A stretch of 64,000 nt of DNA from a virus, in IMG/VR virus record IMGVR_UViG_3300036818_000127, positions 45,418 to 109,417 of that record, one strand, 5' to 3'. A model generated the notes under the pieces. That model saw only the letters and a list, made by a program, of their open reading frames with translations, was not told the DNA's origin and did no database searches. Of the stretch, positions 34,845-46,243 are shown piece by piece. A program made the translations under genes and the position numbers. How positions within the stretch are numbered: position 1 is the stretch's first letter; each line of letters opens with the position of its first letter.

Positions 34845-35336
34845 GTGGCAATGACTAATAGTCAATTATCAGGGCGTGAAACTGAGGTACTGCAACTTGT
34901 AGCGCAAGGTCGTGATGACGATGACATTGCTAAGATCCTTGTGCTTAGCGCAAACACAGTACGGGCACATCTAATGAATATCCGAAAAAAGCTTGGATAC
35001 AAAAAGTGTTCGCATAAAGAAGCTGGATCAATACGCGTGAGATTGACTATCTATGCATTAGAATCTGGCATAGTGAAGCTGGAGGGAATTTCCATGGAAA
35101 AGAACTATACACCAGAAGAAGAGCAGCGTATTCGAGAACTAGTACAACAGATAGAAATGAACTTCAATGCCTTTGGTCCGATGCTCGAAGAGTTATTTAC
35201 CATCTATGAAGGCTATGAAGAGCATCATGTAAAGACACTGCAATTATTGCTAGAAGCGATGAATGAGGTAAACTTCGTAGAGATACAGCGAGGCATTAAA
35301 AAAAAGGAGAATTCGCAAGATGACCGTTTATGTTGA
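34845..35336 (+). CDS. LuxR-type HTH regulator
   Basis: LSGRETEVLQLVAQGRDDDDIAKILVLSANTVRAHLMNIRKKLG. Confidence 0.9.
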   Translation: MAMTNSQLSGRETEVLQLVAQGRDDDDIAKILVLSANTVRAHLMNIRKKLGYKKCSHKEAGSIRVRLTIYALESGIVKLEGISMEKNYTPEEEQRIRELVQQIEMNFNAFGPMLEELFTIYEGYEEHHVKTLQLLLEAMNEVNFVEIQRGIKKKENSQDDRLC

Positions 35337-35637
35337 TGAACTGATGAGCTGTCTGCCTACTAGAAAATGGCCCTACAAGAAAGCATGCCATATGCGAGCA
35401 GACACAGAAGATGAATTGCATACCTTTGCTGCAAAGATAGGATTGAAGAGAGAATGGTATCAGAACCATCACCGAAATCCTGTTATGTGGCATTATGACC
35501 TTAATGCAGGGAAGCGAAAGGAGGCCATACAAAAGGGAGCCAGGGCTATCACGTGGCGTGAAATGGCGGCGATGATTACTGGAAAACCTCCATACAATCC
35601 AGATCTAGAGACAAAAGAGAAAGGGGGAACTCCGTGA
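35320..35637 (+). CDS. DUF4031-family protein
   Basis: MTVYVD...CHMRADTEDELHTFAAKIGLKREWYQ...HYDL. Confidence 0.8.
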   Translation: MTVYVDELMSCLPTRKWPYKKACHMRADTEDELHTFAAKIGLKREWYQNHHRNPVMWHYDLNAGKRKEAIQKGARAITWREMAAMITGKPPYNPDLETKEKGGTP

Positions 35638-36347
35638 CACCAGCAGCAGTTATTGCTCGCATCAAAAAGTCAGGACTGCTCAATATCAGCTACATGCGAT
35701 ACAATCCGCCGCTTGTTGTAGATGATGTGGCATATCAGTGCTCATTTGGAGTAAGTCTCCATGTCGAAAAGAAATTTGGCACGAGAATCCAATGTGATGC
35801 GATCCTCGTAGAAGCTCTAGGATCGATGTCAGGGCGTCAAGCCCAGCAGAAGATAGACGTATGCAAGAACCGCATGGAAACGGCAGCTATGACCGATCAG
35901 GGCTCTCTTAACTATGGTGTAAGAGAGAAGGTCAGTAGTCCTGCTGGGAAGGCGGTAAAGAAAGCCGACCCAACTGAGGTTCAATTGAAGAAGATGCGGA
36001 AGCGCGGCCAGCAACTTGCTAAGACAATCCAGTATCCTGCGAGATGAAAGAGGTGAGATATGAGCGAACAAAACAAGCCACTTTTGATGAATAGCCGTCT
36101 TGAAATCCCATTTGGCATTCCCGATCATAAAGGAGATGTCGTCCTATCAAGAAAAGCGGCAGAGGAATTAGTACAGAGGTTCAAAGAAACAAGGGAGATA
36201 GACATCGAGCATGGCGGGACGTTCAAAATACTGAATGTTTTTCTTGAGTACAACCTCAATGACCAGGACATAGGTGAGATCGTGGTGTCTGGAGAGTTCC
36301 CGATCATGCTGCCGAGGGTTGACGAAGGGGAGTTCTAATGGTGAGGC

Positions 36348-36385
36348 AAAAAGGAGGGATAGCATCTAAACTATCCCTCCTTTTT
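36348..36385. terminator. bidirectional intrinsic terminator closing the CRISPR array
   Basis: aaaaaggagggatag-catctaaa-ctatccctccttttt. Confidence 0.85.
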
Positions 36386-36396
36386 ATGCATCAAAA

Positions 36397-36655
36397 ATTG
36401 CAGTACCCTCAAGGCGGGTCGATGGATTGCAACTCGACAGGAATGCGCGGCCAGGTCTCTAGCATGATCAATTGCAGTACCCTCAAGGCGGGTCGATGGA
36501 TTGCAACTGGAATATCCTCTCCAGTAGATATCAACATACATCGGATTGCAGTACCCTCAAGGCGGGTCGATGGATTGCAACTTAGAAAGTCATTCGAGAG
36601 ACACTTCCCTGATTTTGTATTGCAGTACCCTCAAGGCGGGTCGATGGATTGCAAC
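36397..36655 (-). CRISPR. CRISPR mini-array: 4 identical 37-bp repeats, 3 spacers of 37 nt
   Basis: ATTGCAGTACCCTCAAGGCGGGTCGATGGATTGCAAC at 36397, 36471, 36545 and 36619. Minus orientation is inferred from the leader-like region with TTGACA on the right and the terminator on the left. Confidence 0.95.
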
Positions 36656-36826
36656 TGCCGCAGCATATAAATCTTGAAAGACCCTACCACTCAACTTTTA
36701 TCGCATGAGCCCTCTCTTGATCTTCTCAGCGCGGTGATTTCTTTTGTTTTGCTAAGGAAAAGCATACCAGATCTGTCAAGTTTCGCAAATTGGTTTTTGT
36801 TAAAATATGGCGTCGATTTGCGAGGA

Positions 36827-37264
36827 TCAATATCCCCTATGTTCCTTGTATTCTAGATACTGCCTCTTAACCTCATTGACTATGTTTTGTTTGACCTCAT
36901 CATCAGTTACATTTTTCTCTCTAATGATCTTTTCTGTCATTACTTTTACTTCTATTTGCCCCAAAGCATCAAGGTCACTAAACCCCCACTTTACAGCATA
37001 ATCGCTAAAAACCTGCTCCCGCTCCTGTTTTTCCTTTGCGAAGACATTTTCTGAAGGCATAGTAGCCTTTTTTGTCTGGATGATCTTATTGTATGTCATC
37101 ACCTCAATTTTATCAAGACGCTGTTCTACTCCCGTCAGACGGTCTTCCTGTTCTACAGCCTTGTACCCTTGAAGATAGCGATATTCTTCTTCGTGATCCA
37201 TAGTTTTCTCCTTTGTGTATACAAAAAACCCACAGAACCCTAGTATACTCCCACTGATCAACAT
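36827..37264 (-). CDS. hypothetical protein between the two CRISPR-like arrays
   Basis: ORF; likely start at MDHEEEY after the GGAG SD. Confidence 0.55.
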   Translation of the reverse strand: MLISGSILGFCGFFVYTKEKTMDHEEEYRYLQGYKAVEQEDRLTGVEQRLDKIEVMTYNKIIQTKKATMPSENVFAKEKQEREQVFSDYAVKWGFSDLDALGQIEVKVMTEKIIREKNVTDDEVKQNIVNEVKRQYLEYKEHRGY

Positions 37265-37304
37265 CGAAATTCTTGGCAGTGAGTTCTGAGGGTAGGGTAA
37301 AAAG

Positions 37305-37336
37305 AAAGAGGGATAGTGTAGATGCTATCCCTCTTT
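37305..37336. terminator. intrinsic terminator, paralogous to 36348-36385
   Basis: aaagagggatag-tgtagatg-ctatccctcttt. Confidence 0.75.
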
Positions 37337-37337
37337 A

Positions 37338-37600
37338 AATATACCCTCAGATGGATCGATGGAAATGAAAAGTATTAGTCACCTAATTCAGTTGCAGTAT
37401 CCTCAGATGGATCGAAAAGTAAATCTGAACTATCGACTAAAGTAGTTGCAGTACCCTACCAACGGGTCGAATTGGTTAAAGTAGAGAGTATACCCCTATA
37501 CAGTTGCAGTACCCTCTAACGGGTCTAAGTGCAGAAAGCGAGTATCAAACATATGAATACCGTTGCAGTATCCTAGCTCGGATCAACAGAGCTAGGATAC
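37338..37600 (-). CRISPR. degenerate CRISPR-like array: ~5 diverged repeats with short spacers
   Basis: GTTGCAGTA(C/T)CCT...GG(A/G)TC at 37391, 37445, 37503 and 37562, plus a remnant at ~37341. Period is 54-59 nt versus 74 nt in the canonical array. Confidence 0.75.
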
Positions 37601-39575
37601 CAGCACTCCCTCTATCTGTCAAGTCGGATTCTATAGTTCCTCTTCATAGGCAGTTCGCAATGGCTGCAATGACTCCTCATACTGAGAACGTAATTCCTGC
37701 TCAGCATCCTCTCGTGTCTTGAATGGCCCTTGGTCTTCTCCCTCGGAATAGAGGCCATCCTTAGTCCCTCGCTGGTAGCCGTACCATCCATCATCCTGCT
37801 GAAATGTCACCATCTCAATCCCGTCTTGCCCACCACCCCAGCTTAGCGGACCAGGGATACCTACAGGGGCTTTCTCACTCAGTTGAACAATTTCTAAGGT
37901 CTGCTTTCTCATCTCTTCATTTGCCATGATTCTTTTCGCTTTCTTTCTAAAACTAAAACTACCTAGCTACTATTCTACTCAGGAATCCCGCAGGGAATGC
38001 GGTTTTTTCTGTGACTTTTTGTTTCCCTCTTCGATGCGTACTCCATCCTCATCGAAGAGGTCCCAGGGATATGTATTTTCAGAGACACTAAGAGGTGTAG
38101 GTTTGAGCATCGATACGTTTCGCTCATGCCATGCTTTTGCCTTTGCGATATCCTCTTCTGTGGCAGGTGCTAAATCCTCGCTCTCGTATTCATAGGTACC
38201 GCCTGTGTGCAGCAAGGTTGCGAAGATCTTCTTATCCTGGATACGCTCTACTCTAGCGCAAACAGTACCACCAATAGCATCAACGATTTTAACAATTCGT
38301 CCGATTTGATAGGTTATTTCTGACATGTTACCTCCTATATCTTATGCAATCGATAATCTCAAACAGTATAAATACTCCTACTACAGCAAGAGCAGCTATC
38401 GTCCCTAATTGTCCCATTTGTGCTATCTCCTCTGCAAAACTGTCTAGGAATATTCCAAAAATATTCCTGGACCAATTCCCAAGCTCATCCAATATCCGTC
38501 AGCAGATCATCGAAGTAGCGGAAATGGGTACCGAGCCTTTGGAGTATTTCCTGATCACCTTCGACCTCTTGGTAGAGATCATACTCTGGACTGTCGAGCA
38601 TATCAAGCACTCGTTGTGGACAGGAAGTATGTAGTTGTTCAGTTTGCTTCTGGCAAAGCCTGTACCGACATCCAAGTTTTGGATGTTTCTCTACAACTCC
38701 AGCATCAATTAGCTCTTTGAGGGCATCATCATACTGTGTCCCTGGGATGCGACAGTCAAGCTGCCCTCTATCAACTCCAAGCTTATCGCAGATCGTCCAC
38801 CCTGCAATATAGGAGCCTTTCGGTGGCATCGTACTTGAGACGATAACCCCTAACATGTTCTGGGCAATAGGACTAAATTGTTCGCTCATTTCTGGAAAAC
38901 CCTTTCTTGTAGTGATAGAGCAGCAAAGAGACCCTCTGCCTCTTCAATAATTATCTGCTGGAATTCCGACGATTCCCCTGCTTCATCGCAGGTAGCGCGA
39001 AAATCAGTGCCTATATCAAAGAAGTGCATCGTTGCTGGCGATTGGCGCATCCAGATTGGATACCTAGAAAGATCTTCTTTAGGCACTTCTTTACCTAAAA
39101 GATCGATAAGATTATTGTCACTCATTCCTTTTCCTTTATACCTTCTACCTGCATTCAGCTTCCTTGCTCTGTGCAATAGATATAGCCTTTTGCACCTTTT
39201 TATTAAGGGTACGGTATCGGCTAACTTCCTTTTGCCATGTTTTAACGGGCCAAGCTTCTTTACTCCCCTTGGTTGATTGAATAGAGGGTATGAGGCCGCT
39301 ATGCATTTGAGCATATAAAGCTCGGATATGCTCAGGAGCATAACCAATACTGCCAAAATACTTATCATGGTCACCGATGATCTCGAATGCTTGCAATGCT
39401 AGGACTTCATATTCCTGTTCACATTTGCCAAATTCATCTATGGCATCTACAATCTCTTCATATGCATATCGTGTCAATCCTGCTGCAAGAAATCGAGCAT
39501 GAACATCTCTCTCAGGGACCTGTACGGCCATTTAGTTTCCTCTTTCTTTACTAGTAGCCTTCTTGATCTATCCTA

Positions 39576-39604
39576 GGTATAGCATATCTTCCATAAACTG
39601 TCAA
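39576..39604 (-). promoter_or_regulatory. conserved early promoter, copy 9 (-10 TATACC)
   Basis: consensus with one change, divergent from copy 10. Confidence 0.8.
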
Positions 39605-39712
39605 TACTTTTCACTATGAATATTCCCTCATTTCAAAATATCCCTAAAACTGCCTATAGCATACCAGGCAGGTCCAGTTTTGTGTAGCACTAAATATTCA
39701 CCCTCAAACCTA

Positions 39713-39741
39713 TTGACAGTTTATGGAAGATATGCTATACT
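39713..39741 (+). promoter_or_regulatory. conserved early promoter, copy 10
   Basis: exact consensus. Confidence 0.85.
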
Positions 39742-41901
39742 TAGGATAGATAAGAGAGTACTACTAGTAAAGAAAGAGGAAACCAAATGACACAGTTACT
39801 TACCGAGCAAGAAGTTGAAGTCATGAGTGAAGAGCTTAAAATTATCGCCCTTATCTTCACCGAAGACTATTGGGGAAAAGATCCAGAAAAAACAAAGTGG
39901 TATGAAAGCGATCCCGAATATAAGGGGTACATCGCCCAGCATGCTGAAATATATCGAACACTCCTACATGATGGCAATAGAAAGGAAGAGATTAGAAGGG
40001 AGAATAAAAGGAAAGAAAAGAGAGAAAGTAGAAAAGAGTATATAAAAGGTATTCATGCCCTAGGCTTGACAGTTGCAGAGGTTGAGCATCCATACAGTCA
40101 GGCAGCGAGGGATGCCTCTCTAAGGAGAGAAATCCGAAGCGAAGCATATGCAAACAGGTACTAAAATTAGTACCTAGAAAGGAGCAACAAAATGCCACAG
40201 AAACAGAAAAACCCTCTTATAGGTGAAAACATTCTTTTCATTAGCGCAGCACTTCACAAAGGATGCGTAAATGATAAGGAAGAGGGTATTGAGATTTGGA
40301 CAGCAGATGGAGAGTACCTTGTATGTGTAGATAATATTGTAACACATGTTGTGAGTGACCGTAGGGATGCATTGGCTTACTACGGTGAGTACTTCGGATA
40401 AGGAGGTAGATCTTGAGAAAGCTACAAGTAAGTACTGAGTACCAGTACAAGTCTAACGGGAAAGAGTACTACAAGGTTTACATGAGTAGGGCTGATGGAT
40501 CAATGGTAAAAGGCACTCGAACACTTGGTGCCTTTACTGGATCAAAATTGAAGCAAGTCCAGAAGGATATGCAAGATAACATCAACCGTGGCGCTTGGAG
40601 CAATAGGGAGTAAGGAGTTTTGTTCTTATCTATCCCTTATCTGCTATAATTCTATATAATTTCCATATCTCGAACTGATTCTGGGAATGCTTACACCGCA
40701 AGAACGGGCACAGTTCGAGAGTGAGTTACAAGTCAGCATCAATCACTGGCTTGCTAAGAAGGCGATGTAATATGCTGAATGACAGAGAAGAAGTTACGCC
40801 AGCAAAGGCATTAGATTATATCCTCCTTCTCATGGATCGAGTAAGGAAAGCACTTGACCTTCCTCAGCCTGAACGAATGATGGTCCTAGCAATCATGAAT
40901 GACTGGATGAAAGAGGCTGTTGCGATGCTTGAAGCAGCAGTAGAACAGGAGAATAGTGATAGAGATGATAGCGCAAAATCGTGAAGAAGGTGGAAGGCTT
41001 GTTCGGCTGGCTTGGATACGCTGGGCCAAGCAGCAGCCTGACCCCAAGTTTTCCTGGCTCGTTGAGTGGGATGATCCTCGATTTCCAGAGGCAGACAGGG
41101 AGGCTGATCGACAGATTTGGGATGCAATTGTTGCCCCATACAATGAATCAGTTGTAGCTCTCATAGCTGAGAATCAGCAGCTACGAAAGGACCTTGATAA
41201 AGCAATAGAAGCTCAGTATAGGCTAGAAAGATTGCTAGAGGAAAAGGATCAAGCATGAGAGATGAGATAATCCTTGCACTAGCAGGGTCTCTTGTGCTAG
41301 CAGCTCTCTCAATGCTAGCACTTTTCTCGCCAAAAGTGCAAAGCTACAAGTATATTAATCAGTGTTTAGTAGCAATGATAGTCTATATTATCATTGCTAC
41401 TTTTGTCATGGTTTATGCATGGTATACAGTAAAAGCCTAAAGAGTAGGGAGGATAAAAATGGATTGCTCTTGTGCCACTTGGTGTGGAAGTCCTTGTTAT
41501 TATCTGAAACTAGGAGACATAAAAGAACTGCCTGAACTTGCTGCGTCAATCCACATGCGCCACGTGATCCTGTGGACAAATGGCATGTGTATGGTATTTG
41601 ATGATAGGGGTGAGCAGATGCCGTATTACCAAGGCAGATTTGATAATAGGGCACAGCGCATCAATAATGTATTTCGTGGCGAGTGGGAGTATGGAGACTG
41701 GAATAGGGGTATCTTGAGTGGTGTGCCATTAGAGCTAAAGGCATAAGTCTATCTAGAGAAGAAACTGCTAATCTTGCAATGGAGATTAGCAGTTTCTTCG
41801 TTTTTGGCACACTTGTTCGTTGACTTGCTGATGAGGTAATGGTAGGTTGATGAGTAGATGCGTGCACGCATGCATGCATACTTTAATAGATGGAGGATTA
41901 A

Positions 41902-42726
41902 ATGCCTGTTAAAAAAAGAACAAGAGTATGGACGTTCCTAATCCGCAAAGGGGGTTCGGGCAAAACAACATCTGCTGTGAACTTTGCGACAATACTTGCA
42001 TGTATGCATAATCGCAAAGTCTGCTTAATCGACTTAGATCCACAGGGTAATTCCACTACCCACCTTGGGATTAACCCAGAGATACTTCCTACCTCAGTAA
42101 ATACCCTCTTTACAGAGATTGGAGTTGACCCCCATTCTGTCGTGCAGCCTGTTTTGTTTACCGTCAGCAACAAGGGCTATTCAATTGGTGTCATTCCTGC
42201 CAAGCGGGACCTAGATGAGACTGACCTCAGTATGAAGGCAACGCAGGTAGGGTTACTCAAGCCAATCATCGATGCACTCTCTGAAGATTGTGATGATATC
42301 GTGATTGATACGCGACCCACGCGGAGCATGCTGACTATTAGTGCTCTCATTCCAGCTACCCATGCCATCATCCCTATGGAAGCTGGCGTTTTTGCCCTAG
42401 ATGCGCTCAAGGACACTGAGCAGGATATCAATAATGTGAGGCAAGGGCTTAATCCAGGATTGAAGCTCGTAGGTATTCTACCGACGCGGGTACGTGAGAG
42501 CACAAATCTATCTAGGGTTATCTTAGGAGAGGCTGCGAAGGGATTTGATCATCTACTCATGCGCTACCAAGAGAAGGGAGAATCGCGGTTACTCCTGATC
42601 CATGATAGCGTTCGTCTCGGTGAAGCTCCAGCCTATGGACTTCCTGGAATAGCCTACGACCCCAAGAGTCCAGCTGTGCAGGATTACATCAAGTTCACGG
42701 AGGTACTCCATGCCCAAGAAACCTGA
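41902..42726 (+). CDS. parA: ParA/Soj partition ATPase
   Basis: deviant Walker A KGGSGKTT, LIDLDPQGN, IVIDTRP. Confidence 0.95.
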   Translation: MPVKKRTRVWTFLIRKGGSGKTTSAVNFATILACMHNRKVCLIDLDPQGNSTTHLGINPEILPTSVNTLFTEIGVDPHSVVQPVLFTVSNKGYSIGVIPAKRDLDETDLSMKATQVGLLKPIIDALSEDCDDIVIDTRPTRSMLTISALIPATHAIIPMEAGVFALDALKDTEQDINNVRQGLNPGLKLVGILPTRVRESTNLSRVILGEAAKGFDHLLMRYQEKGESRLLLIHDSVRLGEAPAYGLPGIAYDPKSPAVQDYIKFTEVLHAQET

Positions 42727-43315
42727 CCTCAGTAAGGCATTCGGCGAGCGATTTAAGACAGAGGAGAAAGTAGACGTGCAGGACCCTATAGCTGCTGCCA
42801 TGCAGGCAACAAAGGATGCAGAGAAGGATGCAATCCTTCTGGCTGGGTTGCCTGAAAACAAGGATGCACGCATGCATGCGTACACGTCAGATGTGATACC
42901 TGAAAGCATGAATGTATCCATAAATGAAGGCCCGCCAGCAGGGAGGCAGGCAAGAAGGAAAGTACCTACGCCAGCACGTGAGCAAGCAAGCAAGACTGAA
43001 AGCAAACCTACACGGAAGCCTGCTAACCAACAGGAAAGCAAGGATGAAAACGAGCAAGCAGACATAGATAAAGGAGTACTAGTAGACATGCTGTATGATC
43101 AGATCCAGCAGAAGAAACACTTATCTAATGGATCATTTCGCTATCGAGCAGATGAGCTGGAGAAGCTAGAGGCTATCTATCGGGACCTTGATAGGGCAAA
43201 GCCTGGTCGCATTAGCAAGAATGATATTGCGCGGCTGGCACTTATCGCCTTCTATGAGGACTATGAGCAGAATGGGGATGAGAGCATACTGGCACAGGTA
43301 TTTAAACGCATGTAA
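42710..43315 (+). CDS. ParA partner (ParG/ribbon-helix-helix-like centromere-binding protein)
   Basis: Overlaps parA; disordered N-terminus, C-terminal SFRY..ELEKL...ISKNDIARLAL. Confidence 0.6.
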   Translation: MPKKPDLSKAFGERFKTEEKVDVQDPIAAAMQATKDAEKDAILLAGLPENKDARMHAYTSDVIPESMNVSINEGPPAGRQARRKVPTPAREQASKTESKPTRKPANQQESKDENEQADIDKGVLVDMLYDQIQQKKHLSNGSFRYRADELEKLEAIYRDLDRAKPGRISKNDIARLALIAFYEDYEQNGDESILAQVFKRM

Positions 43316-44085
43316 GCATGCATGCATACTAGAAAGGGTACTAACCTACATGAATATCCTCCAATTTGGTATTGACCTGGGCCATACCATTGCCCACACT
43401 GATTGCCCAAATCCTAATGACCTCCGTGAGAAAGCACGGAAGATCATCGAAGCTCTTGGGCTCACCTTGAATGTTGATGAAGATCCTACATTCTTAATTG
43501 GGCTGGGCGTTGGACTTGCAGATCGACATAGGGAACCACTCGGTGAGGTTGCGCTAGATCTGATGGGAGAGTCTGGGCTACAAAATGGAGATGACTCTCT
43601 TTAGAAAGGAAGTATGTATGCCAGAACTTATTCGTACCAAGTGTAATACAGGCCAACTGGTTATCACTGACAAAGCCATTCGTCTTGAGACCAAATGGAT
43701 AGGACAGTCAACACGTATGCTAGCTCGTGAAAGGATTATTGGTGTCGATATTATGCCCTATCCGAAAGTGCTTGGACTTGGTGGAAAGAAGGCAGACTTG
43801 ACGTTCTACGGACAGGGAAATGAAACCATTAAAGTTCAGATTGTTGATATTAAAGTTGCGAGGCAGATCGTAGAATTGCTTGGGTACTGAGGTAGGGGAC
43901 AGACAGGCTTGCAGTAAGCCCTATCCTTGTTGTAGAGTATGAGGGATGCCTATCGTGAATAGTTTTTTGAAAGGAGAGAGTCATTATTTGATCTGAGGGG
44001 AAACAGAGTTTCGTTGATCAAGCCTGGAAGAAACCCATCTCTTCCAGGCTTCGCTTTTGTTATGGGTGCTGGGCTTGCCACTCTC

Positions 44086-44718
44086 TTAGAGCTTGTTTAC
44101 AGGGCTGTTGACCATGGCATCATACTTTACTCCATCAAGGATACCAAGTTCGCGCTGAGGATCATAACGACCAGCTCTTGCAATTCCATGATCATCCGTG
44201 TAAGAAATTAATATCCGTGTTCCTCTAGGCTCTACACCATTTATCTTATATGGTGGGTATGACCCACTGCTTATGTAGTCACCAGGAATTACCTGACTTG
44301 CTAGTTTCATGATCAAGCAAGCCTCTACTAGCCTCAAAGTCTCTTCTCTTTTCTGAGTGTCTTTGCCTATGGATACAACGTGAGAAGTAGGCGGTGCAAG
44401 CATGCTAACCGGATTGCAAGGAGTTAGTTGGATATTGAGTAGCTGACATCCTTGATCGAGATAATACTGCACCCAATACTTCTCACGTGTATATGCGGCA
44501 TTCTTGCCATCATACACAATCTCTATGATCTCAAAAAGAGGTTCTAGTTCTAAAGCGGCAAGTTCCCGCATCCACGCATCTTTGCCCTGGTTAGTCCCAT
44601 CTAAAATCTTGTGCCGATCAAACCTTGCATTAGGATTATTTGTCATCCCAACATACCTTGTGCACAGGACTATATCTGAGTTACGGGGGTCTTTCCATCG
44701 GTAGATGAAGTGTATCAT
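44086..44718 (-). CDS. GIY-YIG nuclease domain protein
   Basis: FIYRWKDPR...RYVGMTNNPNARFDRH...REKYWV...LLN. Confidence 0.8.
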   Translation of the reverse strand: MIHFIYRWKDPRNSDIVLCTRYVGMTNNPNARFDRHKILDGTNQGKDAWMRELAALELEPLFEIIEIVYDGKNAAYTREKYWVQYYLDQGCQLLNIQLTPCNPVSMLAPPTSHVVSIGKDTQKREETLRLVEACLIMKLASQVIPGDYISSGSYPPYKINGVEPRGTRILISYTDDHGIARAGRYDPQRELGILDGVKYDAMVNSPVNKL

Positions 44719-44741
44719 GTGTTTCTCCTGCTCTATGTCTG

Positions 44742-45554
44742 CTAGGCTTGCGCTTCTCGCAGAGCATCTTTATGATCCATTGCAAAATCTAATCCTGACA
44801 TCTTTACATCAATGATAAAGTTGATATTCCCGCCTCCAGGTTCGATTTCAGTAAATCCAATGTGGCGCATTAGTCCGATCCCGTCTTTTGTATCAGATCT
44901 TGCTGCTAGCATGTTAACAGGTATGCCTCTTTGCCCGAGATTGACAATGTGTCTAAACATTCCTCGAATAAGGATACTTCCCCATTTTCTTCTATTTGCT
45001 TTTGCTAACCCGATATCATTAGATGCCAAACCAAGCAACCATAAGTTAGCAGCCTTGCCTGTCTCAAAGGGAAGTACATCTTCAACATCAATCACTCCAA
45101 AGTTTTGACTTCTGTCCAGTTTAAGTAACCACCACATCTTCTCTTCTGTAATATTCAGGATGAAAATGCATCCTCTTACTTTTCCGCGACTATGTACGAC
45201 AAAACATGATTCTGGATTTCTCTCCAGCCAAGCATTTCTTTTTGCTGAAGTATCATCCCCTCCCCATATTTTTCTAAGCAAGGCAACAATTTCAGGCATA
45301 TCCTCTGGAGTTGCGGGGCGGAAAAGAGTAGGAAGGGCTTGATCTTCTGATTTCCGTTTCTCATCATTCCACTCTTTGATGAGCTTGTCGATATCATCTA
45401 TCTTGTAGAAACCTTGCTTCTCTCCAGGTTCTACAAGACGCTCAATTTTCCCCTCTTTAACAAGGCCGCGAAGCCTACTATCATTGATGTTTCCAAGTTT
45501 TCTTAGGGCTACGGCGGCTCTGCAATAGCCTTTGGGAGGTAGTCCTCTAGTCAT
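44742..45554 (-). CDS. HTH + GNAT-like regulator (repressor-like, divergent from XRE gene)
   Basis: N-terminal HTH, FRPATPEDMPEI GNAT start, GIGLMRHIGF C-terminal motif. Confidence 0.65.
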   Translation of the reverse strand: MTRGLPPKGYCRAAVALRKLGNINDSRLRGLVKEGKIERLVEPGEKQGFYKIDDIDKLIKEWNDEKRKSEDQALPTLFRPATPEDMPEIVALLRKIWGGDDTSAKRNAWLERNPESCFVVHSRGKVRGCIFILNITEEKMWWLLKLDRSQNFGVIDVEDVLPFETGKAANLWLLGLASNDIGLAKANRRKWGSILIRGMFRHIVNLGQRGIPVNMLAARSDTKDGIGLMRHIGFTEIEPGGGNINFIIDVKMSGLDFAMDHKDALREAQA

Positions 45555-45652
45555 TAGTGTGGCCGATCCTTTCTATGTATTAGCCCAATTGTACTTTAAA
45601 ATTTGCAAGAAAGCAATCAATGAAGACTTGAAAAAATGAAAGATTGAAACCC

Positions 45653-45681
45653 TTGACAAACCTGATCCTATAAAGTATAAT
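45653..45681 (+). promoter_or_regulatory. consensus sigma70 promoter
   Basis: TTGACA-17-TATAAT. Confidence 0.85.
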
Positions 45682-45740
45682 AATTTTGTAGTTAAGGATT
45701 TTAAATAAAAGTCTTGTTTGAAAGTAAGGAGGCGATTTGT

Positions 45741-45971
45741 ATGGCAGTTGTAATGAACAGCCAGTTGCTCCTGCTTAGGAAGCAGTTGAAAGTATCAAGA
45801 GAAAAATTAGCACGGAGGACTGAATCGGTATCTTCTGGAACAATCAGAAATGCTGAGGAAGGTAAAAGGATAGTGGTCTCGAATGCTAATCAGATACACC
45901 AAGCAATAAATGAGCTGCTTCAAGAAGCTGGCATGCAAAAAGTGGACACTTTAGGTTTATCTTTGTACTAA
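45741..45971 (+). CDS. XRE/Cro-like HTH protein
   Basis: LRKQLKVSREKLARRTESVSSGTIRNAEEG; AAGGAGG SD. Confidence 0.75.
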   Translation: MAVVMNSQLLLLRKQLKVSREKLARRTESVSSGTIRNAEEGKRIVVSNANQIHQAINELLQEAGMQKVDTLGLSLY

Positions 45972-46146
45972 TGTTCTTGTTAGCTAGTAGGCATAGTTCT
46001 ACTGAGTAGTGAATATTTACAACTGAATAGTGCAGCTCTCAGCAGTCCTACTAAGGTATATCCCTACAATGCTCGACCCAGTTAGCAGCGAGACACGACT
46101 TGTCCTGGTGAAAAGGTTCGGATTAAGAGAGAGAAGCACAAAACAT

Positions 46147-46243
46147 GGGGATGATTGGTTTGACAAGCATGAACAGGGCCAACCGTGTCACGGCGCTATC
46201 TAGAATTGCTTGACGGGGAGTTCAATTCTCTCCCATCTCCACC
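46147..46243 (+). ncRNA. reduced tmRNA-like RNA (tRNA-like domain only)
   Basis: 5' GGGGATGATTGGTTTGAC; acceptor stem GGGGATG/CATCTCC with G3.U; T-arm with TTCAATT loop; 3' ACC; helix-2 pair CAAGCA/TGCTTG. Confidence 0.75.

Noticed and set aside
36338-36670. 110-aa ORF across the CRISPR array (also 37504-37722)
   Set aside because: It is a translation of the repeats (LQYPQGGSMDCN twice).
46147-46243. Canonical tRNA call
   Set aside because: No D-stem or anticodon arm; the ends match the tmRNA tRNA-like domain instead.
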